Below, one piece after another: positions 8,659 to 16,729 of a stretch of 64,000 nucleotides of DNA (the stretch's first letter is position 1; each line of letters starts with the position of its first letter). The position numbers and the translations under genes are program-made. The stretch is from Candidatus Poribacteria bacterium (lineage in GTDB: Bacteria > Poribacteria > WGA-4E > WGA-3G), in the NCBI GenBank assembly GCA_963663765.2, contig CAXXUA010000015.1:480001-544000 (forward strand). Reading direction: 5' to 3'. The notes under the pieces were generated by a model that was not told the DNA's origin, searched no databases, and saw nothing but the letters and a program-made list of their open reading frames with translations.

Positions 8659-11124
8659 ATGAATGTAAAGTCGCTAATACCACACCTTCAGAATGTTTTC
8701 ACACTTTCTCGGTGTGCAGCACTTCTGCTGTGTAGCAGCATCCTCTTTTTAGCGTTCTGGATACGTATCCAAGGTGTTGATCGAATCCCAGACAAGCAAT
8801 TTACCGATACCGACGGTTATTTCTTTTATGATCAAGCTCAACTCATCACCGAACACGGCACCCTGCCAGACCGGGATATGTCCCGTTGGGTTCCTATCGG
8901 TAAGGATTTGACACAGACACTCCCGTTCTATGGTTACGTGCTTGCATATTCCCACAAAGTGATCGCACGTTTCTTCCCAAAAGTTTCACTGTATCATGTT
9001 TGCATCTATATGCCTGTAGTCTGTTTTATCCTTGGACTCGGGGTGTTGATGTTCTTTTTTTATCATCAGTTTGGGCTACTCTTTTCGGGCATCATCGGTG
9101 TCTTATTAGCAACGCTTCCTGGGGCGATTGACCGAAGCGCAGCCGGTTTTGGTGACCGAGACAGTTGGTGCCTCTTAATTGGCATTCTTGCGATAACCAC
9201 TTATCTCCAAGCACTTCAGGTACAACATCCTCTTCACAGACTCTATTGGACACTTGCAAGTAGCTTCAGCGTCTGTATCGGAGGGTTATCTTGGGTAGGA
9301 TTTAGCATTTTCCTCGTCATTATCATGAGTGTTGAACTCTGGCGGTTTCTCACTTCTGAAAAAGAAGAAGGATTAGGATATTACGCTTTATGGACGTTAA
9401 CTTATGTTCTCCTGCTTATACTCGGTTCTCCTGTCTATCGTGGCGGAGGCGGCGGTTTTACGACACATCTTTTCACCTATGTGATAATACCGCCACTAAC
9501 ACTTTTGGCAATACGCACTTGCCGCTATCTGATACTCACAAAGTCAGCTTTTTCAAAACATCTCTTACAACATTCCCGAAACATAGCCTTCATTCTGATA
9601 ACTATTACACTTACACTTGCACTCTTTACTGTCTTGAGAAAACTTAATACATTTGACACACTACTACCTTTCAGTCAAAACAAACTCATGCAAAGTATTG
9701 GAGAATTACAAAGCCCCAATTACAAGTTTTGGTATATTAAGTTCGGCGGGGTCTTTCTGTGCGGCAGCATCGGATTTCTTCTCACAGGAATACATCCCCG
9801 AAACAGATTCGGGCACCTTCTTTTGGCTATTCCGCTCAGTCTGTTTATCCTCACAACTTTTTACCGAGAACCTGTTAATTTACTTTACATGAGGCTATTT
9901 AAAACTTCGCTTGGTAACACGCTCTTTTTTGCTGCAGTTGGTAGTGTTGGGATCGGTTTTCTGATACATGCATGGCAACGCAAAATACATCTACCAAAAG
10001 ATATTCTTTACGTTGCGTTTTGTGCATGGTTTTTTTGTTGGGTTGCACTTACACGGGACGCTAAACGGTACGACTTTTTTATTGGCGTTGCCGTCGCTTT
10101 CTTTACTGCGGTAGTTATACATGCACTCGCAAAGAGGCTCAGTGAGAAAACAATAAGTTTCCAGTTCACACCCCTATCCTTAAAATCAAATAGGGTACAA
10201 ACTGTTTTTACCACCAGCATTGCGGTTGCGGTGTTATCTTTGTTGTTATTCTGGTCCCCTGCTGGAGCACACACAAGATGGTCACGCCCCGCTGCTGTAC
10301 ACTTCCGAAATCCGCTCCCCGGAGACGGACCAATGGCAAAAACTATCAATTGGATTGCAAATACACTTGAAGAAACTGATGTTGTCGCCGCAAACTGGGA
10401 ATACGGAAATCAACTCAACGTACTCGGTGAAGTCAGAACAATTATCAGTCCCGATCACTACCTTCCTCACTGGATCCATCTCTTTTTTCGACACGTCTAT
10501 GCAGCACAATCTGAAAATGAAGCATTAGAATTTCTTTACACACACGAAGCAACACACTTAATGTTTAATCAAAGGGACGTTCTCAACACGGGCACTTTTT
10601 CAGAACTTGGGAGTGATTTACATAAAGACCGGTTTTTCATACCTCAACATCTACAGTTGTCAAATTCAGAAACTGGAAAAACAAAACATCTCATAAATAC
10701 TGATAATACACCATTTAACAAGATAGATGTGGAGCCTAAGGAATCCCCGTTAACCCTCACAGCACACACAAAAGATGGGCAAAAAGTAACACTTCCCTAT
10801 GTAGCGTTCATAGGTTATCTCAAAGAAAAAACACCGAATACCGTAGATGGTAAAAATGGCGGAGTTATCCTCTATTTAGATCCCAGACGAAATCTCCAAA
10901 AAGCATATTACCTATCTCACATCGGTTGGAATAGTCTCATTGTTAGATTATACATTCGGGGAGAACCTTCCAATGCGTTTGAGCCCATATATACCCAAAG
11001 AGAGGATATAAGAGATCAAAAAATGGTACGATTTGACTTCACCAAAATTTGGAAGATTCGGTATCCACCCAACATCAAAAAGAAACCGAAATATCTTGAA
11101 ACAGAACCGTCTGAAGGGTATTGA
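8659..11124 (+). CDS. STT3/PglB/AglB-like oligosaccharyltransferase (GT-C fold)
   Basis: Many TM helices; TDTDGY, DRSAAGFGDRD, SIGEL, DAKRY and AANWEYGNQL align in order with PglB NDGY, R..G..DxD, TIxE, R375 and WWDYG motifs. Confidence 0.8.
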   Translation: MNVKSLIPHLQNVFTLSRCAALLLCSSILFLAFWIRIQGVDRIPDKQFTDTDGYFFYDQAQLITEHGTLPDRDMSRWVPIGKDLTQTLPFYGYVLAYSHKVIARFFPKVSLYHVCIYMPVVCFILGLGVLMFFFYHQFGLLFSGIIGVLLATLPGAIDRSAAGFGDRDSWCLLIGILAITTYLQALQVQHPLHRLYWTLASSFSVCIGGLSWVGFSIFLVIIMSVELWRFLTSEKEEGLGYYALWTLTYVLLLILGSPVYRGGGGGFTTHLFTYVIIPPLTLLAIRTCRYLILTKSAFSKHLLQHSRNIAFILITITLTLALFTVLRKLNTFDTLLPFSQNKLMQSIGELQSPNYKFWYIKFGGVFLCGSIGFLLTGIHPRNRFGHLLLAIPLSLFILTTFYREPVNLLYMRLFKTSLGNTLFFAAVGSVGIGFLIHAWQRKIHLPKDILYVAFCAWFFCWVALTRDAKRYDFFIGVAVAFFTAVVIHALAKRLSEKTISFQFTPLSLKSNRVQTVFTTSIAVAVLSLLLFWSPAGAHTRWSRPAAVHFRNPLPGDGPMAKTINWIANTLEETDVVAANWEYGNQLNVLGEVRTIISPDHYLPHWIHLFFRHVYAAQSENEALEFLYTHEATHLMFNQRDVLNTGTFSELGSDLHKDRFFIPQHLQLSNSETGKTKHLINTDNTPFNKIDVEPKESPLTLTAHTKDGQKVTLPYVAFIGYLKEKTPNTVDGKNGGVILYLDPRRNLQKAYYLSHIGWNSLIVRLYIRGEPSNAFEPIYTQREDIRDQKMVRFDFTKIWKIRYPPNIKKKPKYLETEPSEGY

Positions 11125-11166
11125 TAAAATTAGTTATGGTGCTATTTGCGTTAATTGGGTTGTGAA

Positions 11167-11701
11167 CATGATGAGAAAATCTAAAATCTGGTTTGTCATA
11201 GCGACTCTTATCGTTGTTGTTATAGGTATTGTTTATGTCAGCACTCAGAGGAAACCTGAATTACGTAGTTCAAGAGGTTTTGCATGGGTTAAACATTGGG
11301 ACGAACTTGAACTTGGCACAGTCAAAAAAAATTATCAACGCTACACCGTTGACGAAATGCGGATACTGTGGGATGTAAAACTACATGATAAGTTTGGTAG
11401 TTATTCAGGCAAAGCGCATGCCGAGACTGTCTACCCATGGGATGCATATCTTGCACGCCTGCTGGAATTAGGACATCCTTTTATTGACTTATCGGACTAT
11501 GAGAGTGCTTTAGACACACGGATGAGTCTTTTAATTCGAACACGAACCTACTGGCAAACGATGAATAGAGATGAAAGAGACGCATATATTAACACACTCG
11601 GATTGTCCCCGGATGCATCATGGGAAAAGTATGAGGAGTCACTGATAAAACAGATCGTTGTTTACCGTATCAATTGGTGGCGTTCAATCCTACACAATTA
11701 A
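11167..11701 (+). CDS. Membrane-anchored hypothetical protein, truncated paralog of 15299..15934
   Basis: 11275-11686 near-identical to 15484-15895; likely start MMRKSKIW; ends where the 1-kb repeat begins. Confidence 0.7.
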
Positions 11702-12673
11702 AAACGTTCCTGATATGAATACCGCATGTTTGGTGGATGAACTCGTTTGGTAGTTATCCATTGCCAATTTTGAGAAAATCCTACCTCAATTCCTTGAAAA
11801 TGTGACTCCGCGTGAACAAATGATTATTTGCGATTGCAACTCTCTAACCCTTCAATAATCTTCATGTTAGTAAATATTTTCTTATTATGCACCCTTTTCG
11901 ATCTAATACTGTGTCTTTAATTATGAAGGTATCAATAATCTTCATGTTAGTAAATTTAGTAAATATTTTCTTATTATGCACCCTTTTCGATCTAATACTG
12001 TGTCTTTAATTATGAAGGTATCAAATACCTTTGTTTGGGAAAATCAAAACCAAGCATTATTGCGTAAGTCCTATTGTTTAACAATAACTTGAGAACATTG
12101 CATCATATTTAATGTTCTTGTTATTGTTGTCCATAAAGGAAGACATGAAAAGTTTACAAAACGGTAAATGTGAGAAGTTTCCAAGAACACCCGTGGATAG
12201 TTTCCTTGAGTCATTGCGATTTGCGAAGGCAAAACCGCATATTCCGAAAGGTGCATGTCTTTTAGATATCGGTGCTGGCGATGGCGCTTTCTTACGACAC
12301 CTCAATGGACATATCCACATCGGCGTTGGAATTGATGCAAATCTAACCCAATCCGCTGAGTTTGAGGATTATCATCTTGTGAAAGGTTACTTTCCGGACG
12401 ACTTTGACACAAACAAAACCTTTGATGTCATTACGATGTTGGCGACTGTTGAACATATACCGATGGGGATGCTCCCAAAAGTCGTGGATATGTGTTGGGA
12501 TTACCTCAAACCTAGTGGTCAGGTTGTTATCACAGTACCTCATCCTCGTATGGATGGACTTCTGGATTTCCTAAAAACTTGCAGGATAGTTGAGGGATTC
12601 TCCATGCATCAGCATTACGGATTTGACCCTGAATGTCTTCCAGATATTTTCAACCGTTGGCAACTTGTCCAAA
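11682..12673 (+). repeat. ~1-kb direct repeat, copy 2
   Basis: Matches 5283-6371; island motifs at 11888 and 11977. Confidence 0.95.
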
Positions 12674-12726
12674 GAGAACGTTGGGGATTTGGATGCAATA
12701 ACCTTTTTCTTTTTGGAAAACGTTGA
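12112..12726 (+). CDS. Class I SAM-dependent methyltransferase (Methyltransf_11/23-like)
   Basis: LLDIGAGDG motif I, GID, FDVITMLATVEH, LKPSGQVVITVP; true start possibly MKSL at 12145. Confidence 0.88.
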   Translation: MFLLLLSIKEDMKSLQNGKCEKFPRTPVDSFLESLRFAKAKPHIPKGACLLDIGAGDGAFLRHLNGHIHIGVGIDANLTQSAEFEDYHLVKGYFPDDFDTNKTFDVITMLATVEHIPMGMLPKVVDMCWDYLKPSGQVVITVPHPRMDGLLDFLKTCRIVEGFSMHQHYGFDPECLPDIFNRWQLVQRERWGFGCNNLFLFGKR

Positions 12727-12881
12727 CTGTTATCCCTGCTCTGCAGGTGAAATTTATAACTATTGCTTATTTTTTAATTCGAAAAATTCAGTGGAAAACA
12801 TAAAATTGAATACATGCAAATCACAAACGCATTGTTTTCCACGGACCGCCACAAAAACAAAGTGGCAAGGAGAATAACAAA

Positions 12882-13796
12882 ATGAAAAGAAGATTCGTTG
12901 AATGCGCTATCCTTTTAGGTATTGTGATGTCTGTCATGCTTTTTGCACAGACACAAGATGGATTAGGACATAGTGCCTGTATGCACCTCCCTGTTTTTTA
13001 TGTTGATTCAGCGGGATGCAATATTGGAGACGGGAGCGGAGATGATCCGAGAGGTTTAGATTTTCAAACTATGGGCGGTTATGAATTTCAAACTATGGGC
13101 GGTTATGAATATAGTCACAGTCACATAAGCACTGGTCATGGATGGTATTACCAAGGCGGATTGTTGAATCTTGCAGATCAGGAAGCAACGAATAATCCGA
13201 GTAGTATTAATCACCCAGGTGACACTACTAAACAAAAGATTTATAAAATGGATGTTATAACTGTATGCTTAACTAATGTCTCTACTGCTAGTGCAAGTAT
13301 AACTCCGTCTCTTAGCTATGCTGATGCCTTGCCCCAAAAGGACGATAATATCCAAGGAACAGGAACAATAGAACTTTCGTTCTCAGGTGTGTGCTATCAT
13401 GAGATCCGTTCGAATGGGAAAAATCGCCGATGGTGTGTTGAAAATACAAGAGGAAGTACCCTATGGGGACCTAAAACAGAGGTGATTTGGGTTAAGATTA
13501 GGATATTAGAACACGCCTCAAAAAGAGAAGGTTCTTTCGGTGGAGGACTTGGAGGAGCCTACGGAAGTATTTCATCTGGGTACTCTCACAGTGATCAGGT
13601 GACCGAAAAAAATATTCATGCCCGGTCCTTTGGAATAAATGCTAAGCTCCGAGGTCAGCATTTTGACAATGTTATAGAGAAACAAGACAAATTTTCTTAC
13701 GCATACGGGAGTCTTGAGTCTGCAAATTCTGGTGATGTCTGCAGCACATATCTAGGTATTGATGATCATCAATGTCCAGGCTCGGGTTCGCAATGA
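12882..13796 (+). CDS. Secreted hypothetical protein, Gly/Ser/Cys-rich
   Basis: Signal peptide; AAGGAG RBS; internal FQTMGGYE duplication; followed by hairpin. Confidence 0.78.
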   Translation: MKRRFVECAILLGIVMSVMLFAQTQDGLGHSACMHLPVFYVDSAGCNIGDGSGDDPRGLDFQTMGGYEFQTMGGYEYSHSHISTGHGWYYQGGLLNLADQEATNNPSSINHPGDTTKQKIYKMDVITVCLTNVSTASASITPSLSYADALPQKDDNIQGTGTIELSFSGVCYHEIRSNGKNRRWCVENTRGSTLWGPKTEVIWVKIRILEHASKREGSFGGGLGGAYGSISSGYSHSDQVTEKNIHARSFGINAKLRGQHFDNVIEKQDKFSYAYGSLESANSGDVCSTYLGIDDHQCPGSGSQ

Positions 13797-13834
13797 AGGT
13801 TGGAACATCTCAAATAATAAACAAAACTCTACCT

Positions 13835-13862
13835 TTGGGACGGGTACTAAATCCCGTCCCAA
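13835..13862 (+). terminator. Stem-loop after secreted-protein gene
   Basis: TTGGGACGGG-TACTAAAT-CCCGTCCCAA perfect stem, no U-tract. Confidence 0.5.
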
Positions 13863-13932
13863 CGTATCAATAGGAGCAGTGTAGGACTGACAACCTATAA
13901 GACAGGCACCTTATAATTCTGAGGAACCCAAA

Positions 13933-15312
13933 ATGAATAAACAGATGATTTTGACAACCATAATATCGCTCATTGTGGTTATAGGCGTTGTTCTCTATAT
14001 TAGCAATAAAAATAAAGACTCGCAACTTGGTATAGAAAAACAGCTCAAGTCAAAGCTGCACGAACACATCGCGCCCGATGGGACTTTTATAGAACATCGC
14101 CATACTTACACACAAAACGAACTATCAGAAAATATCGTGACAACGCGCCAGGTACTCGCTGCAAAGTCCCCCATCCAACGGGCGTGGGAACGTCTTGACC
14201 TTGAAGAAATCCGACGAAAATATCAACCCTATACAGTTGCTGAAATGCATGAAATGTGGTCGTCTGGTTATAGAAGCCAATTTGGCCCCAATTATCCATA
14301 TCAACTTGATGAGACTTATCCACAAGATGAATGGCTTGAACGTAATTTGGCACTTGGACAACCATTTTCTAGTTGGTCAGACTATAGAATGGTGTTGCAG
14401 CGACGCATATACATGATAGACCATGAAAATCAATGGCGGGTAGCAAATGAAGACAGAAAAGAATACATGCGTAAAGCACTTGATTTGCCATCTGATATAG
14501 ATACTTGGGAGGAATATGAAGAAGCATACCTTAAGTTCTTTATTGTTGCCTCAAACGCAGAACTACAAGCAGAAGAAGCAGATCCGAGTATTTTAGGTGG
14601 TACCACAAGAACCGATGGAACGTTCACTCCTTTTAAAGAGAATACTGTGTATGCTCACATCAATCCTAAAAGTGGTTATGTAAAGTTCACAGGTGTGTCG
14701 TTAAATGAGAAAGAAGAAAAGGAACTGGCAACGTATGGTGTTGTCCCTGAAGGGATTAAAGTCATCTATACGGATGAGGGTGGAAAGCCTTTACCATCGG
14801 ACACACCATCTCCGCGTTTCTATGAACGTGATATGGCATCGTTGGAAAAATCGCTAAACCTCCTGCAACAGCAGATAGAAGAGCATGAACTGTTGTTAGA
14901 GTTGGACGCGCAGCTCGATCCTCCTAATATAGCAACGCAAACTGATCCCGTGCCACACGAACACCCACAGGATCATGAACATGACCACGGACATGAAACA
15001 CCTCAAACCCCTGATGAAAAACCCGAACAGCAACGCCGGCAGCCCGATGCAAAACGGACACCACCGCCGCGAAAAATACCGCCTGAACTCCGTAAACCCG
15101 ATGCGGTCAATCAGTGGTTTAAAGAACTGCAGTTACTCCATGGTGGTCAATTACCGAAAGATTTGCAGGAACTCCGAAAAATCATTACGGAATTGGAAAA
15201 GATCAGGGAAGAAGGTGAAGCGATCATGAAGCCACCCGAACGCCCAAAACGCCCGACACCACCTTTGCCACCTGAAGGAAGTCCACCACCTCCACCGAAT
15301 GAAGATGATTAA
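13933..15312 (+). CDS. Membrane-anchored hypothetical protein with His- and Pro-rich C-terminus
   Basis: N-terminal TM; W..LDL....YQ.YT..EM..W and YP...L..G.PF....DY blocks shared with 15299..15934. Confidence 0.82.
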   Translation: MNKQMILTTIISLIVVIGVVLYISNKNKDSQLGIEKQLKSKLHEHIAPDGTFIEHRHTYTQNELSENIVTTRQVLAAKSPIQRAWERLDLEEIRRKYQPYTVAEMHEMWSSGYRSQFGPNYPYQLDETYPQDEWLERNLALGQPFSSWSDYRMVLQRRIYMIDHENQWRVANEDRKEYMRKALDLPSDIDTWEEYEEAYLKFFIVASNAELQAEEADPSILGGTTRTDGTFTPFKENTVYAHINPKSGYVKFTGVSLNEKEEKELATYGVVPEGIKVIYTDEGGKPLPSDTPSPRFYERDMASLEKSLNLLQQQIEEHELLLELDAQLDPPNIATQTDPVPHEHPQDHEHDHGHETPQTPDEKPEQQRRQPDAKRTPPPRKIPPELRKPDAVNQWFKELQLLHGGQLPKDLQELRKIITELEKIREEGEAIMKPPERPKRPTPPLPPEGSPPPPPNEDD

Positions 15313-15934
15313 GGTAGTGGGTTTTGCAAGAAACACAGTGAAAACTCCAATAATAAGGTTCGTTATTGTCATCATAAGCGTTGCTACTGTGTGTTTCATC
15401 TATTTCAGGACGCAGAAGGTAGAGGCACCCTCACCAGTAAACGTTACCGAACAAGAACACAACCTAAAATTGCAAGGTGTTAAAGGTTTTGCATGGTTTA
15501 AAAATTGGGACGAACTTGACCTTGCCACAGTCAAAAAATACTATCAACGCTACACCATTGATGAAATGCGGATACTGTGGGATGTAAAACTACATGGTAA
15601 GTTTGGTAGTTATTCAGGCAAAGCGTATGCCGAGACTGTCTACCCATGGGATGCATATCTTGCACGCCTGCTGGAATTAGGACATCCTTTTATTGACTTC
15701 TCGGACTATGAGAGTGCTTTAGACACACGGATGAGTCTTTTAATTCGAACACGAACCTACTGGCAAACGATGAATAGAGATGAAAGAGACGCGTATATAA
15801 ACATACTCGGATTGTCCCCGGATGCAACATGGGAAAAGTATGAGGAGTCACTGATAAAACAGATCGTTGTTTACCGTATCAATTGGTGGCGTTCAGGTGG
15901 TATGGACCCTTTCTCAGAGTTGGAATTCCGATAG
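15299..15934 (+). CDS. Membrane-anchored hypothetical protein, same family as 13933..15312
   Basis: N-terminal TM; shared motifs; overlaps the stop of the upstream gene. Confidence 0.8.
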   Translation: MKMIKVVGFARNTVKTPIIRFVIVIISVATVCFIYFRTQKVEAPSPVNVTEQEHNLKLQGVKGFAWFKNWDELDLATVKKYYQRYTIDEMRILWDVKLHGKFGSYSGKAYAETVYPWDAYLARLLELGHPFIDFSDYESALDTRMSLLIRTRTYWQTMNRDERDAYINILGLSPDATWEKYEESLIKQIVVYRINWWRSGGMDPFSELEFR

Positions 15935-15979
15935 GTTACCTATTTATTGTTGTCGTCACGATTTCTGATTGTAATAAAA

Positions 15980-16729
15980 ATGAAACATTTATTAACACTT
16001 ATCGGTTTCCTTGTCGTCATCGGGTTCAGTATAACTGTATTTTTTGTCCTCGGACGTTGGCGAGGTTCTGAAGCAATAAATATACCTAATGTCCCCGGAC
16101 AACAAATAGAAGGCACTGCTCAGGATATAAAAACGCAGAAACGCACACCGCGAAAGCAGAACCCTATCCAGAAAAGCAATGATAAGACCTCTAACGACCC
16201 AGAAGACTTCTACCGTGTTATTATTGAAAATAACATATTTCGCCCTCTGAACTGGAAACCGACACAACCAGAACCAACGTATACATTGCTTGGGACCGCT
16301 ATTACACCAGATGGTAATTCCGCTACTGCATACATAACTGAGCGGAAAACCAAACAGTTTTACGCGGTGAAGATAGGTGAGAAGATAGGTGATGCCGTCG
16401 TCAAAAAAATTCAGACGAAGCAGGTTACGTTAGACAAAAACGGTAAGATGTTGAGTCTTTCTATGGTTTCTGTCCCGTTTCTCAGCCGGACCGGCAGTCG
16501 TAGCAGTCCAGCCTATCGCGCACCACAGCCGCAGCCGCAAATGGTATCCAAAAGTAGCAACTCACACCGCACACAACCACGTACGACGAAGGACCAAGAA
16601 CGTCAAGCATGGCGCGATATGCAAAAGGAACGGATAGCAGAAATGAAAAAAATGGCTGAAAAACTCCGTACTACCTCAGAGGAGGAACGCAGACGGATGC
16701 GGGAACATCTTGAACAACAGAAACGTTAA
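15980..16729 (+). CDS. GspC/PilP-like (T2SS protein C HR domain) membrane protein
   Basis: N-terminal TM; YTLLGT...ATAYI.....QFYAVKIGEKIGDAVVKKIQ.KQVTL pattern; ATG at 15980 (ORF track starts at 15947). Confidence 0.65.
   Translation: MKHLLTLIGFLVVIGFSITVFFVLGRWRGSEAINIPNVPGQQIEGTAQDIKTQKRTPRKQNPIQKSNDKTSNDPEDFYRVIIENNIFRPLNWKPTQPEPTYTLLGTAITPDGNSATAYITERKTKQFYAVKIGEKIGDAVVKKIQTKQVTLDKNGKMLSLSMVSVPFLSRTGSRSSPAYRAPQPQPQMVSKSSNSHRTQPRTTKDQERQAWRDMQKERIAEMKKMAEKLRTTSEEERRRMREHLEQQKR

Noticed and set aside
11275-15895. Diversity-generating retroelement TR/VR pair
   Set aside because: No reverse transcriptase in the window and the differences are not adenine-specific; plain duplication
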